This document shows positions 34,595-44,923 of a DNA stretch of 63,982 nucleotides, piece by piece. Numbering within the stretch: position 1 is the stretch's first letter; each line of letters starts with the position of its first letter. The notes beneath the pieces were generated by a model that made no database searches, was not told the origin of the DNA, and worked only from the letters and a program-made list of their open reading frames with translations. Source of the stretch: a virus; IMG/VR virus record IMGVR_UViG_3300007190_000023, positions 1 to 63,982 of that record; one strand, given 5' to 3'. A program made the translations under genes and the position numbers.

Positions 34595-35313
34595 TGTTCG
34601 TAATACCTTTTTAAGTGTTTGATTAAAAGTTCAACATCATTATCCATATAGGTTTGTTCTTTAGAGAACATTCCCATAGGACTTCTGATACGTTCATTGA
34701 CTGTTTTCTTAGTGATTCGAGTCTGGAATACATACTTGAACCCTAATTCCTTGTCTTCATCCGTGATGACAAGCAAGTCTGACTCAAAACCATCCAGGTC
34801 TCTCAATGCCATCTTCTTACTTGTTACAACAGTACTGAAGTAAGCTTCAACACCATTATTCTTCAACGCACCTTTAATAGGTACGAACCTGTGGATATCC
34901 ATAGTTCTCTCATCCAGTTCATCTTTAAGATGAGCCGTAAAGATAACAGGCTTACCACATAAAGGAACCTTCTCTTGCATGAGGGTTCTAAAGAAGTTTC
35001 CATACTCTCCCCAAGCCTTCATACCATTACTGGCTCCATTGACGTATTGGGACTCATACATATCCATAAGGAAGGTAAGGGAGTCAACCACAATACCTTC
35101 AACATCTTCCATATCTTTAGCTTCTTCCATTGCTTGATGTACTTGCCAAGGGTCTGTAACTACCAGAGATTTGAACCTATTGGCAAAAGGTAATCTCTTA
35201 CCAGATTCTGTATTCAGATAAATCCATTTATCTTGGTTCTTGATATTTCTTAAAGATGCACTCTTACCGGATGCTGAGTAGCCACTGATAAGGATTAAGT
35301 CATTACTGCTCAT
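34591..35313 (-). CDS. RecA-fold ATPase, AAA_24 / Sak4-like (240 aa)
   Basis: Walker A ILISGYSASGKSASL and Walker B-like GIVVDSLTFL. It sits in a replication/recombination neighbourhood. Confidence 0.6.
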   Translation of the reverse strand: MSSNDLILISGYSASGKSASLRNIKNQDKWIYLNTESGKRLPFANRFKSLVVTDPWQVHQAMEEAKDMEDVEGIVVDSLTFLMDMYESQYVNGASNGMKAWGEYGNFFRTLMQEKVPLCGKPVIFTAHLKDELDERTMDIHRFVPIKGALKNNGVEAYFSTVVTSKKMALRDLDGFESDLLVITDEDKELGFKYVFQTRITKKTVNERIRSPMGMFSKEQTYMDNDVELLIKHLKRYYEQ

Positions 35314-37525
35314 GTTTGATTACCTGTGTATGGATGTTGTTTAGTTCTTCTCTCGCTAATGGCGATTCGAGTTCTTTATTCACATGTTGTAACTTCTCCA
35401 TAATCTCCCCAGGTTCGATATGGTTATCTTTCAAGATCATCCCATATCGATATAGGTTGTTGTTCCTATTGCCTTTCACTGCTTGATTAATTACCCACCT
35501 TTCGAGCCTAGGGAGGTTTGCTATCTTCTTTTGTTGTTTAGCATATTCAACCCCTTTCTTAGTCTCGGGGATGAACTGAAGGGAATCAAGCATGACTCCT
35601 TGATTGACCCATACACCTTTATCAGAACATAACCACTTCTTGCTCCTCTGGTTTGATGTAGTGTCTACCTCAAAAGGAAGCCACTTAAATATCTCACCAG
35701 AGAAGCTCTTATACTCCTCAGAACTCATACAGTGTTGTTGAGCCAAGGGGAGTATGATTCTGAACCTATGGGAATCATCTGTATGAGATTTAGTGTAGTT
35801 AAGGATGAATAGATAATCCTTAAGGTACTGTTTGACTTCCGTATCAGTACATCCTCCATCCACATCTAGAACCAGTAAGTTGAATGCACAGATGATGTTG
35901 GATTCTTTCCTATGACCTTCTTGAACCTGATGATTGAGCCAGTGGTAATCAGGGGTTTGGACTAACTGAACCAACTGGTCAAAGTTCAGGGTCTCATTTA
36001 CATAACCATAGGCTTGATGTTGTGAGTAGGAAACAATAAGGGAATCCAGAGAGGTATTCTTCATTCCTGTTGCAGAGTAGTAGTCAATATCTCCTGTCTT
36101 ACCTCTTTTGATGAGTACACCATTCCTATATCCCCAAGCTGTAGCAAGTTCAATCAATTCTTGCTTATGTTGGATAGAGCCTTTAAAGAACGGTAAGCTT
36201 TCCTGTAACTCATTTTGGTATTGTTCTTTCTCTACATTTAATAGATATCTAGCTAACCTTACATAGTTAGGTTCTTGGTTAATTAACTTCTCAAAGGTAT
36301 CAGCACAAGTCTCTACAAGATAAATAGCCCTATCCAGATTGACTCTAGATAAAGAAGATTCACCATCAATGAAAGAGAATACACCTGCTATCTTGAGAGC
36401 TTTAAAGTACCTATGATTAAGTTCAGCTTTTTCTATACTTCTAAACTCATTCAATCTTTCTGCCTTCTCCTCACAATCAATCTTGTATTGAAGTAAAGCA
36501 ATAGCTTCATCTCTGGGTAAAGAGATGATCTTGTCATGCTGTTCTATATCAGCCAGTTGTTCTAGATGCTCTGCCCATGTCTTTACCCTTTCTTGAACCT
36601 GGCTGGTTCTCATAGAGTCATACAGGACTTCAGCACTTTGTTTTTCAGGTATTGAATTTTGTTTACCTGAGAACCCAAACAGAGACCTTCTGGCATACCC
36701 AATCTCCAATAGGGTCATGAATGCTTTCTCTACTTCTGCTCCATCAAATACTTTAGCAGGGGTTCCAAACAGTAGCATATTAGCAGGAGTGGTTCCTTCA
36801 ATCTTGGAATACCTGCTTTGTGTAGATGACTCTTTAATCAACTTTACATTGGTATTACCTTGGTCATACAACTCAAGGAATACCTGTAACAGATCATTAT
36901 TTCCTTCCAGATGACTCCCCATCTCATCCATCTGTAGGTTCAAAGAACCAGAACCAGTGAGGAGTAATCGTTGCCTTAATTGCTTTAAAGCCGGACTGGT
37001 TCCAGAGTCAAAGGTAAACGTATAAGGACCTAATGCATTCAGTTCCTTAGTTAACTTTCCATATTCCTCTTCTTCACTGGTTCCAAGCTTAGAGCTCCTC
37101 TTGATTGCTTTATTTGAGATAGAGATATCTGTTTTGACAGGAAGGAACTCTTCCTCATATTTCTTTCTGAAGGGTTTAAGCAATCCTTGCTCAATCAGGT
37201 TAATGGTATGTCCCTTACCAAACCCACTTTCAGCCAATGCCATGACATATACATTGACTGGGATACTATCACCCACAGGGGTTTCAATCTTAACCCTCAT
37301 TGCTGCTGGAACCTGGGATAAGAAATAGGTACAGACAGCAAGATGATAAGTAGAGGGTTCTGTATTGGTTTGAGTCTTAATGACTTCCAACATATCTTTC
37401 AATACAGGATGATGTTTATCTAGAGAAATACTCATTCTTTTGCTCACAAAGGGAAAATACAGGACACCAACCACATCTACGGTACTCTCCATGTACTTTC
37501 TCCACCCTACCGGTTCCTCTATCAT
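35303..37525 (-). CDS. Primase/helicase-type replication protein (about 710-740 aa)
   Basis: P-loop-like LAESGFGKGHT in the N-terminal half. The C-terminal segment FNLLVLDVDGG...SHRFRIILPL resembles a prim-pol/VirE-type catalytic core. The start is uncertain: ATG 37435 would reduce the overlap with the upstream gene to 20 nt. Confidence 0.6.
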   Translation of the reverse strand: MIEEPVGWRKYMESTVDVVGVLYFPFVSKRMSISLDKHHPVLKDMLEVIKTQTNTEPSTYHLAVCTYFLSQVPAAMRVKIETPVGDSIPVNVYVMALAESGFGKGHTINLIEQGLLKPFRKKYEEEFLPVKTDISISNKAIKRSSKLGTSEEEEYGKLTKELNALGPYTFTFDSGTSPALKQLRQRLLLTGSGSLNLQMDEMGSHLEGNNDLLQVFLELYDQGNTNVKLIKESSTQSRYSKIEGTTPANMLLFGTPAKVFDGAEVEKAFMTLLEIGYARRSLFGFSGKQNSIPEKQSAEVLYDSMRTSQVQERVKTWAEHLEQLADIEQHDKIISLPRDEAIALLQYKIDCEEKAERLNEFRSIEKAELNHRYFKALKIAGVFSFIDGESSLSRVNLDRAIYLVETCADTFEKLINQEPNYVRLARYLLNVEKEQYQNELQESLPFFKGSIQHKQELIELATAWGYRNGVLIKRGKTGDIDYYSATGMKNTSLDSLIVSYSQHQAYGYVNETLNFDQLVQLVQTPDYHWLNHQVQEGHRKESNIICAFNLLVLDVDGGCTDTEVKQYLKDYLFILNYTKSHTDDSHRFRIILPLAQQHCMSSEEYKSFSGEIFKWLPFEVDTTSNQRSKKWLCSDKGVWVNQGVMLDSLQFIPETKKGVEYAKQQKKIANLPRLERWVINQAVKGNRNNNLYRYGMILKDNHIEPGEIMEKLQHVNKELESPLAREELNNIHTQVIKHEQ

Positions 37526-38348
37526 TGAGATAGGAGAAAGCCTCTACAGCATTCTCAAATACCTTGGTAGCTCTTTGTTGTCCTTCTCTGGTGTAATACT
37601 TGTATTTATCTGGTGTTTTCCATAACTCCTCCTCTTTACATCTCTCCATCAAATGAGGACTGACATCCTTATTTGCCTCAATACGGTTCAATCTATCTTC
37701 CACCCAAGCTTCTGTTTGAACCGGGGAGAGCAGATCAATATCTTCAGTCATGAAAGGACTCTTAGGGTAATCATCCTTATATGTATTCCCCTGGCTCCAA
37801 TCCCTGATGATGTAACAGATACGGATGGTATTTTCCTTGATCTTATCAGGGGCTAACCATTTATAGATACTTCCTTGCATCCTGTAATTCTCCCTATTAC
37901 CTCTCTTCCATCTAGACACTGTAGTAGTCTTGATGTCATATAACTGACCATCAAAGATAAAGTCATACTTACCTCCAACAGTGTATTTACCTACTTTCTT
38001 TAATACCCTCTGTTCCATCCATACAGGGGTACAGTTGGAGGAGTCTTCAGGATTTACCAATACCTTTGCAGCAACTGAAGGACTGAACCCTAGTAGCTCC
38101 AAGGCTTCTATCAATGAATACTCCCAAGCTTTCTCTACGGCTCCATGAATAGCTGAGCCTATTGCAGCTTGGTAAGTCTTATAGACATCAGGTAATGTTG
38201 GCTGAACCCCTAATCTTTTACCTAATACAATCTGTTGGATGGGGTTAAGTAATTCTGTTGCCGAAAAGTAATCAGGGTCTGGATTACTGTCATAACCCAA
38301 ACCCTGATTCAGCAACCATACCTGTAGAGGTAATGGTAGAGATTTCAT
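37416..38348 (-). CDS. PD-(D/E)XK nuclease with a C-terminal Cys cluster (Cas4/RecB-like exonuclease)
   Basis: GGKYDFIFDGQLYDIKTT supplies a D...D/E-x-K motif. The C-terminus has YRRCGWCPVFSLC (C-x2-C-x5-C), typical of Fe-S Cas4-like nucleases. Confidence 0.65.
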   Translation of the reverse strand: MKSLPLPLQVWLLNQGLGYDSNPDPDYFSATELLNPIQQIVLGKRLGVQPTLPDVYKTYQAAIGSAIHGAVEKAWEYSLIEALELLGFSPSVAAKVLVNPEDSSNCTPVWMEQRVLKKVGKYTVGGKYDFIFDGQLYDIKTTTVSRWKRGNRENYRMQGSIYKWLAPDKIKENTIRICYIIRDWSQGNTYKDDYPKSPFMTEDIDLLSPVQTEAWVEDRLNRIEANKDVSPHLMERCKEEELWKTPDKYKYYTREGQQRATKVFENAVEAFSYLNDRGTGRVEKVHGEYRRCGWCPVFSLCEQKNEYFSR

Positions 38349-38350
38349 GA

Positions 38351-38731
38351 TTAACCTTTTAGTTTGATTGATTCTTCCATCTTAGCTAAGACTTCCTTGA
38401 ACTGTTCTGCCATCTGGGTGATCTCATTCATCCCCATAGGTTCCTTCACTGGTTCAATCTTGACTTCCTCTGGTTCCCCATTGAACTCCTCCTTGGTCAT
38501 AAGACCCAGGTAATTGATCTTCTCAATAGAACCAATATAGGAACCTTCTCCTACTACATCTTTAACACCTTCTTCTAGTCCTTCCCGCATGGCAGTAAGA
38601 CATTTGAAGTCAATGTTCCTGCTAGTGCTATACAGGATAGTAGTAGCAGGGATATTAGTAGCATCAGGGATGTTCTCTACATCCTTCAACAACACAGAAC
38701 CAGAGACAAGAAAGTAATGGTATTTTTTCAT
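38351..38731 (-). CDS. Hypothetical protein (126 aa)
   Basis: Complete co-oriented ORF. Confidence 0.6.
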   Translation of the reverse strand: MKKYHYFLVSGSVLLKDVENIPDATNIPATTILYSTSRNIDFKCLTAMREGLEEGVKDVVGEGSYIGSIEKINYLGLMTKEEFNGEPEEVKIEPVKEPMGMNEITQMAEQFKEVLAKMEESIKLKG

Positions 38732-38958
38732 TAAGGTACATCCAAGTTAAAGTCTAAAAGGATTTGTGTATCTTCTTTAAGTTTAAGAGCTTCCTGCACC
38801 ATACCCATAACATGGATACCAGCTTCCATATGTTTCTCTTTATATGCAGCATTCACATACTTTCCTAGACTAAAGATTACTGCATCTATTTCTTCAATTA
38901 ATTTGCATTTTTGTTGGTGCATCTCTTTCTCCAATGACGTCTTCAATATGTTTATCAA
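38731..38958 (-). CDS. Hypothetical protein (75 aa)
   Basis: Complete ORF. It overlaps the 3' end of 38894..39121, so the start is uncertain. Confidence 0.45.
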   Translation of the reverse strand: MINILKTSLEKEMHQQKCKLIEEIDAVIFSLGKYVNAAYKEKHMEAGIHVMGMVQEALKLKEDTQILLDFNLDVP

Positions 38959-39121
38959 TCTTTCTCATATGCTCTTCCAAGGCAATAATCAACAGTGCTG
39001 TTTCTCCACATATCTCTGCCATTTCCCCCAAACCAGAACGATGAGCTTTACCCATATTCTCAGCATTCTTCATGAATAACATCTTCAAGAACTGGTAAAC
39101 ATCAATCTCATCATTCATCAC
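38894..39121 (-). CDS. Hypothetical protein (75 aa)
   Basis: Complete co-oriented ORF coupled to the upstream gene (overlapping stop/start at 39118-39121). Confidence 0.5.
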   Translation of the reverse strand: MMNDEIDVYQFLKMLFMKNAENMGKAHRSGLGEMAEICGETALLIIALEEHMRKIDKHIEDVIGERDAPTKMQIN

Positions 39122-39378
39122 GCTTCCTCATAAGTTTCTTTAAATATTTCTGCTTTACAGATGTATAGCTCATCATGTACTCCTTTAATCAAATAATCTC
39201 CTGACTTACCTTTCATCTCTCCTTCCAACGTATCTACCACCCAATATCCATCTCTTTCAAAGACCTTACTGGAATAACTCCATACAGGTCTATGTTCCTG
39301 ATCTCCAATACACCAAGCTTCAATAACAACAGGTTTCTTTCTATAGAACATATTCAATCCTCCTCTTGAGTGATTCAA
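39118..39378 (-). CDS. Small phage protein of PGDYG-like type (86 aa)
   Basis: KKPVVIEAW...TLEGEMKGKSGDYLIKGVHDELYICKAEIFKETYE resembles the widespread small phage proteins with a (P/S)GDY(I/L)I.G..GE.Y.C....F..TYE pattern. By eye only. Confidence 0.5.
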   Translation of the reverse strand: MNHSRGGLNMFYRKKPVVIEAWCIGDQEHRPVWSYSSKVFERDGYWVVDTLEGEMKGKSGDYLIKGVHDELYICKAEIFKETYEEA

Positions 39379-41713
39379 TAGAGTTAAGTCCAGTCAAGGG
39401 AATATCACTCCCCCAATCCGGTTCATACAACACACAACTCCCAGACAGATGAACTTCTGGATGTTGTATCTCATGAGCCTCCTGCCACCTAGCAGCATGT
39501 TCCATGACCTGAACCCACCACCATAACAGTTCAGGGTTCTTTCTTATCAGGAAATAGGAAGCATCATGTATCTGGGCACAAGGGAGTACATCATGTTGGA
39601 ACCCTTGTTCTCTAGCCTTCCTCAGTACCTCTGTACAGGCTCTGCTATTGAGCAGGCACCAACTCTGCCCTAGAGCATTCCCTGCGGTTCTACGCTCCTT
39701 CTGTAGCTCCTCAGAACCTCTCTCTGCCCTCAAGATGGATGCCATCAATGGGGTTCGTACCTTAAGCCCAAAGGCTCCTCTAACGCAACCTTCAGTCCAT
39801 CCTTTGTCCACTTGGTCTTGAACCCATTGGTCAGAGACCTTGTAGAGATCATGGTAGGCAGACTCAATACGTAAGGAATCCTCCTCAGAGAGCCCACAGA
39901 CCCTCACCAGAGCCTTCCAGCTACCTCCATAGGTCAAAGCAAAGGTAGGCCCCTTAGAGGCTTGTCTGAAGGCTGGATAGCGGTCCTTGATGCTATTTAT
40001 GGACTCTACGGTGTCCTCAATGTCTGGCATTTGGTTCCTGTAGTACTGATAGGCTCTTAAGGAATGTCCATCATAGCCGTCGGTATAGACCTTGAGCTTG
40101 TTAGGGTCTTTGGTCAACAAGGCAGAGATACGATCTTCCAGAGAGTCAAAGTCCATCCCAACCAACCACCAACCTTCAGGGGGTTTAAATAGGCTCCTAA
40201 TCAAAGGAGCATGGGCAGTCCCTGTAGCAGGGAGGTTCTGTAGGTTAGGTTCAGAGGAAGATAACCTCCCAGAGACAGTTCCTCCCAGATTGAAATGGCC
40301 CATGAGGAAATGATGACCAGCTTCAGACCAAGCTTCCTTAAAGACAGGGAAGTAGGTATTGAGCATCTTCTCATTCTCTGCCCAAGACAGGATATGAGTA
40401 AGTAACTCCTTAATGTCTTCTCTGTCTGTTGATTCCTTTAGTGTCTTAAGGGAATCTTGAGATGTAGAAGGTAAGCCTTTCTTGGTGACTTCTGGAACCG
40501 GGAGACGTAACACACCATAAAGTAACTCCCTTAGTTGTACAGAGGATTTAGGATTGAACTCTACTTGAGCATCTCCATAAGTGACTCTTTTCTTCTTGAG
40601 TTTCTTATTAGTAGAGATCACCCATTCTTCCCTTAGGGCTCTGGTTCTGGATTGGATGATTGGATGTTGTTTGATCTTGTCATGTAATGCATCTTGGATG
40701 ACTATGAGATCAACCTCTGCTTGATGGACCCTATCCATATCCAAAGGTAATCCAGTCAATTGCATCTGTACAACATCAAAGAGAGCAGGTTTGAGTATTT
40801 CTTCATACAGATACTCCTGCCCATCTACACTGTACTGTTCATATACATACCAGACTGCTTGAGCATCCTTCTTGGCATACTGAAGGTACTTATCAGTGAT
40901 GATTCCTGTATGTTCAACTCCTTGGCTCCAATCTCCCAGATAAGGCTGAGCTAGAGCCTTAAGGGAGAGATCAGGACGTACTACAGAGTTAAGTGATAAC
41001 CAAGCAATGAGTTTGGTATCTTCAACTCTAGGGAATAGAACCTGATAAGGGGTAATCCAATCATTAGGAAAGAACTCTTGAACCAGGAAAGAAAGATCAA
41101 ATGCAGCATTATGGATGATGAGCTTACCGGTTCCTTCTTTAATGATCTTTTCCAGTAACTCCCGGTTCCCTTTAAAAGGTAGAGCAATTGCTTCTTCCTT
41201 ACTGACTCCTATAGAGAAAGCAACGATCTTGTCTCTCTTTGGATGAAGTCCTGTTGTTTCTAGATCAAGACTTAGATCAGAGTCCAGCCAATTGAGATCA
41301 TAGGCGAGTGTTTCTTCTACCCTTACCGGTTCCTTCTCTATAGGGCATAACCATTGCTTCCATCCTACAGGGTCAGTGAGGTACTGATATACAGGAGGAA
41401 GCAAGATGAGGCTACATTCACCCAGATAATCCCTTACAGGGGTTCCATATAGATGTTTGATCTTTACAGTCTTAGTGATTGTCTTGAACCAGAGGGGGTT
41501 AATGACATAGATATACTCATACGCTTCTTTACTTAGGTTTTCCCAGATTCCTTTAATCTCTTTGGCTGTACTTGCTGTATCAGTATCCAGATACTCAATA
41601 TCTGAACCAGGGAAAGCAATCTTTAAGGGATGCCTTACAGTTAACCATTCTTCATACGAGCTTATCAGGAGTATTGTCATTTCCCATCTCATCCCATATT
41701 TCATAGAAATCAT
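39341..41713 (-). CDS. Family A DNA polymerase with 3'-5' exonuclease domain (up to 790 aa)
   Basis: Exo I LSLDLETTGL, Exo II IIHNAAFDLSFL, Exo III YAKKDAQAVWYVY. Pol motif A VGMDFDSLEDRI, motif B RQASKGPTFALTYGG, motif C CAQIHDASYF. Confidence 0.9.
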   Translation of the reverse strand: MISMKYGMRWEMTILLISSYEEWLTVRHPLKIAFPGSDIEYLDTDTASTAKEIKGIWENLSKEAYEYIYVINPLWFKTITKTVKIKHLYGTPVRDYLGECSLILLPPVYQYLTDPVGWKQWLCPIEKEPVRVEETLAYDLNWLDSDLSLDLETTGLHPKRDKIVAFSIGVSKEEAIALPFKGNRELLEKIIKEGTGKLIIHNAAFDLSFLVQEFFPNDWITPYQVLFPRVEDTKLIAWLSLNSVVRPDLSLKALAQPYLGDWSQGVEHTGIITDKYLQYAKKDAQAVWYVYEQYSVDGQEYLYEEILKPALFDVVQMQLTGLPLDMDRVHQAEVDLIVIQDALHDKIKQHPIIQSRTRALREEWVISTNKKLKKKRVTYGDAQVEFNPKSSVQLRELLYGVLRLPVPEVTKKGLPSTSQDSLKTLKESTDREDIKELLTHILSWAENEKMLNTYFPVFKEAWSEAGHHFLMGHFNLGGTVSGRLSSSEPNLQNLPATGTAHAPLIRSLFKPPEGWWLVGMDFDSLEDRISALLTKDPNKLKVYTDGYDGHSLRAYQYYRNQMPDIEDTVESINSIKDRYPAFRQASKGPTFALTYGGSWKALVRVCGLSEEDSLRIESAYHDLYKVSDQWVQDQVDKGWTEGCVRGAFGLKVRTPLMASILRAERGSEELQKERRTAGNALGQSWCLLNSRACTEVLRKAREQGFQHDVLPCAQIHDASYFLIRKNPELLWWWVQVMEHAARWQEAHEIQHPEVHLSGSCVLYEPDWGSDIPLTGLNSIESLKRRIEYVL

Positions 41714-41867
41714 ACTGGATAGTTCCTGTTAATAAATGATCTATCAGTTTCTCAATAGTTCCTAACGCTTTGATGTCTCTAGCTGACAGACTGGTACTTT
41801 GATGCAGTACATCTAATGCTTGATTTGCTGATTCAGTCAATTTTCTTAATGTTTTCATTTCATTCAC
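41652..41867 (-). CDS. Hypothetical protein (71 aa)
   Basis: Complete ORF between the helicase and polymerase genes. It overlaps the polymerase ORF start, whose true start is probably downstream. Confidence 0.5.
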   Translation of the reverse strand: MNEMKTLRKLTESANQALDVLHQSTSLSARDIKALGTIEKLIDHLLTGTIQYDFYEIWDEMGNDNTPDKLV

Positions 41868-43030
41868 CTGAATTTATTAGGAGGGGTTCCAATAAGTATG
41901 ATCTTGTTTCTTGCTCTTGTTGCTGCTACATACAACATCTTGTTATATTGAGTAAGACTATGGCTACTTCTGAATGAACTCAGATCAATGATGACTTCAT
42001 CATATGTGGACCCTTGTGACTTATGGATTGTTTGGGCATAAAGGAAGTTATAATTGAGTACTTGTTCGTCATCCTCTAATACTTTATTGAGGCTAATCTG
42101 TTTATGCCTAAGGAATGCTGCATGTTCATCATACTTAGGTAAAGCGTTGAATGTACAGTAAGAGGTATATTCATCCATACTTCCTTGAATCTCTTCAATC
42201 TCAATAAGTTCTTCTTTATTGTAGAGCACTAACTCTAATATCTCCCCTACTCGTGGAGTTAAAGGTAACTTCTTTGCTTTACGTGTATTGAGGGAATGTT
42301 CATATACTTTCTTCTTGGTATATGAAAGAATCTTATCATTCTCTCCTAGGTTCCTATAGAGTTCTTCTGTACATTCAGGTAGCCTCAGTACATCATCAGA
42401 GTATTTCCATGAATCCAGATGAGGGATGCTCTTATTCATTGCACACGTCAAGAGATAATCAGTAAAGTAATTCAATGCTTGTTTACTTGATCTCATCCTC
42501 TTATTCAGCTTGACTTCCTCTATCCCTGCAAGAAATACAGGAGGATGTTCGTACTTAACACATAACTGCCAAGGGTCTCCTATATAGATGATCTTACATT
42601 TAGAGTTACTTGTTACTAATTTCCCTAAAAAGTTCAACATAGGCTTACTGATATAGGATGCTTCATCAATGATGATTAACATACTATTTGTAAATCTATT
42701 TCCTAATGGAGGGAATACTTCCCTTTCTCCTCCTATCTTTACTCCTAAATAAGAATGAAGGGTTCTTACTCTGTTGCCCTGAACCTTATCTTGCAATACT
42801 CCAGCAGCTTTATGTGTTGTAGCTACAACTTCTACAGACATATCAGAGACAGCATCAAACAACTTGATGTTGTTTTTTACTTCTTTCATCCAATCAAGGA
42901 ATAAGGATATCAACAATGTCTTACCTGAGCCTGCTACTCCATTCAAGATAATCTGTTGCTTTTTAGGAGATAGTACAAACTCTTGTAATGTCTCTAGAGC
43001 TCTTTCTTGTTCTTGGTTAAGAGTTATCAT
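41864..43030 (-). CDS. SF1 DNA helicase (RecD/Dda-like), 388 aa
   Basis: Walker A LNGVAGSGKTLLIS and Walker B LIIIDEASYIS. Also the late SF1 motifs AQTIHKSQGSTYDEVIIDL and LYVAATRARNKIILIG. Confidence 0.8.
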   Translation of the reverse strand: MITLNQEQERALETLQEFVLSPKKQQIILNGVAGSGKTLLISLFLDWMKEVKNNIKLFDAVSDMSVEVVATTHKAAGVLQDKVQGNRVRTLHSYLGVKIGGEREVFPPLGNRFTNSMLIIIDEASYISKPMLNFLGKLVTSNSKCKIIYIGDPWQLCVKYEHPPVFLAGIEEVKLNKRMRSSKQALNYFTDYLLTCAMNKSIPHLDSWKYSDDVLRLPECTEELYRNLGENDKILSYTKKKVYEHSLNTRKAKKLPLTPRVGEILELVLYNKEELIEIEEIQGSMDEYTSYCTFNALPKYDEHAAFLRHKQISLNKVLEDDEQVLNYNFLYAQTIHKSQGSTYDEVIIDLSSFRSSHSLTQYNKMLYVAATRARNKIILIGTPPNKFR

Positions 43031-43212
43031 TTCTTACTCCTTTGCATGAATACACCAAACATACTTACAATTCCAATCCATTTAAGGAACCAGAGTGCAG
43101 CAAGTACGAGCATGATCTTTATCAACAACAACCCTGGTTCAGTAAAGAACAACAACCACAGCATTCCAACAATACATAAGACACCTATCAATCCACTTAC
43201 TAACTTGTTCAT
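43027..43212 (-). CDS. Small membrane protein (61 aa, 2 TM)
   Basis: Hydrophobic segments LVSGLIGVLCIVGMLWLLFF and LLLIKIMLVLAALWFLKWIGIV. Coupled to its neighbours. Confidence 0.55.
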   Translation of the reverse strand: MNKLVSGLIGVLCIVGMLWLLFFTEPGLLLIKIMLVLAALWFLKWIGIVSMFGVFMQRSKK

Positions 43213-43214
43213 GT

Positions 43215-44249
43215 TCAGTTCCTCAAATAATTAAGAGTTTGTACACCTTTTTTAGCATATGCAGGATGGGTTAATATTTCAGGGGTGTATTGGACTACAG
43301 AGTTCATATACACAATCTGTAGAGGTAAAGAGAACTTATCCACATAATCTAATACCTTTTTGAAGTTATCCATATCGGTATTGATAGCAAGATTGGTCAA
43401 CACTGCCCATTGGGTAGGAGTATCTGAAGGGACTTTATCTACCTTCCCAGAAAGGATATCTTTCAGCTTAGGTAGGTTCTGATAAATCCCTGCAAACTGC
43501 ACAAAGGAGATAGCATCAGGTTCTCCTATGGTTCCAGCCAATAGAGGCACCAACCTTTCCAGATCATCCTCATCTTTAATAAGCTTATCCACAAACTCCC
43601 AGGTCCTGGGGCATGGGAAGGGATGAGGAGACTCTGCTTGCTTCTCTGGTTCAAACCTCATAAGGGAATCAGAGGAGAAGTTCAGAAAGGAGATGATTCT
43701 TTCATCATACTTCTGAGGGATAGCCACATTGGTCATCCAATCCTCAAGAGAGGGTTCCAGCTTCAATTGAACCAACCTTGACTGCATGGCAGTGGAGAGT
43801 TGATTGGTGATGGCATGATCTGTAGTGAGGTTCCCAGCAGCTACAAGAGCCGTCTTAGGGTGTAGGGGGTACATCCCTACCTGCCTATCTAAGATGAGCT
43901 TGTAGCAGGCTGCCTGTACGCTTCTAGAGGCACTGTTGAACTCATCCAGAAAGAGAACCCATCCATCTTTACCTTCTGGAACCGGGGTGTCTGCTAAAGG
44001 GAACAGAGCGAAAGGAACGAACTCTGCTTTGTTGTCCTTGAACCTGGGAAGGCCATTCAAGTCTTCAGGGCTGCACATGGATAGGCGTAGATCAATGACC
44101 TCAAGATTATATTCAGATGCAATCTGTTTGATGATAGAGGACTTACCAATCCCAGGGGATGATTGAAGGAATGGAACCAGTCCTGTTTTGATGCACTTCT
44201 CAAGTAAAGGTTTTGCTTTGGTAGGCGTAGTGGTAAAGATGTTTTTCAT
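43215..44249 (-). CDS. AAA+ ATPase, MoxR-like (344 aa)
   Basis: Walker A LQSSPGIGKSSII and Walker B WVLFLDEFNSA. A vWA/metallopeptidase partner gene is nearby. Confidence 0.7.
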   Translation of the reverse strand: MKNIFTTTPTKAKPLLEKCIKTGLVPFLQSSPGIGKSSIIKQIASEYNLEVIDLRLSMCSPEDLNGLPRFKDNKAEFVPFALFPLADTPVPEGKDGWVLFLDEFNSASRSVQAACYKLILDRQVGMYPLHPKTALVAAGNLTTDHAITNQLSTAMQSRLVQLKLEPSLEDWMTNVAIPQKYDERIISFLNFSSDSLMRFEPEKQAESPHPFPCPRTWEFVDKLIKDEDDLERLVPLLAGTIGEPDAISFVQFAGIYQNLPKLKDILSGKVDKVPSDTPTQWAVLTNLAINTDMDNFKKVLDYVDKFSLPLQIVYMNSVVQYTPEILTHPAYAKKGVQTLNYLRN

Positions 44250-44923
44250 ATCATGTTATTCAAGTTGTGAGTAAAAGGGTTATATATTTCTCTTTTATAG
44301 CAATCTTCAATTCCGAAGTAGAGTCCAGTCTCTGCCCAATCCTTACTGAACCTGAGTATTGAGCCTAAAGTGATATGCCTATGCTCATGCCAACTCAATA
44401 GTAATTGGGATAATCTGGAATCTGTTACAGGATGCCTAGCCAACATTAATGCCATCCTATTCAATATATTCATACTCATGTATGCGTATGTAGAGAGCCC
44501 ATACTCCTTATGTAACCAAGTCTTTAGATACTCTTTTATTTTCTTGGTCTTTTCTGATCTTGGTTTGGTAAATAGAGCCCACCTAGTTAAAGTGTAATTA
44601 CCAGGTATACGGATTCCATATATTTTCTGTATTTGTGCTCTGTATTGTTTGTCTATTTCCTTATGGAATGTGTACTTCCTATTCAATTGGAATGTATTTA
44701 TATTGTGAATCAGTGTATTTGACTTTATCACATGTTGGTAGTTTAAATCATCAATAGTGTTTTGGTATATAGCCAAGGTATCTCCATATCCTTCTCTAGC
44801 TTGATATATGGAGTAAAGTAAAGCAGTAATAAAAACAGATCGATTATCCTCCCAATGGCTTAAATGTACAGGTAACTTATCTTGATAAGAGGAACCCTTC
44901 AGATTATTTAAATTAGTTGCCAT
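44246..44923 (-). CDS. Hypothetical protein (225 aa)
   Basis: Complete ORF between the vWA-domain gene and the MoxR-like ATPase gene. Coupled at both ends. Confidence 0.6.
   Translation of the reverse strand: MATNLNNLKGSSYQDKLPVHLSHWEDNRSVFITALLYSIYQAREGYGDTLAIYQNTIDDLNYQHVIKSNTLIHNINTFQLNRKYTFHKEIDKQYRAQIQKIYGIRIPGNYTLTRWALFTKPRSEKTKKIKEYLKTWLHKEYGLSTYAYMSMNILNRMALMLARHPVTDSRLSQLLLSWHEHRHITLGSILRFSKDWAETGLYFGIEDCYKREIYNPFTHNLNNMI

Noticed and set aside
33911-34603. A 230-aa plus-strand ORF antisense to the SSB-like gene.
   Set aside because: It lies entirely antisense to a co-oriented, well-packed minus-strand gene in a uniformly leftward module. The product is low-complexity and Leu/Phe/Ile-rich, typical of shadow ORFs.
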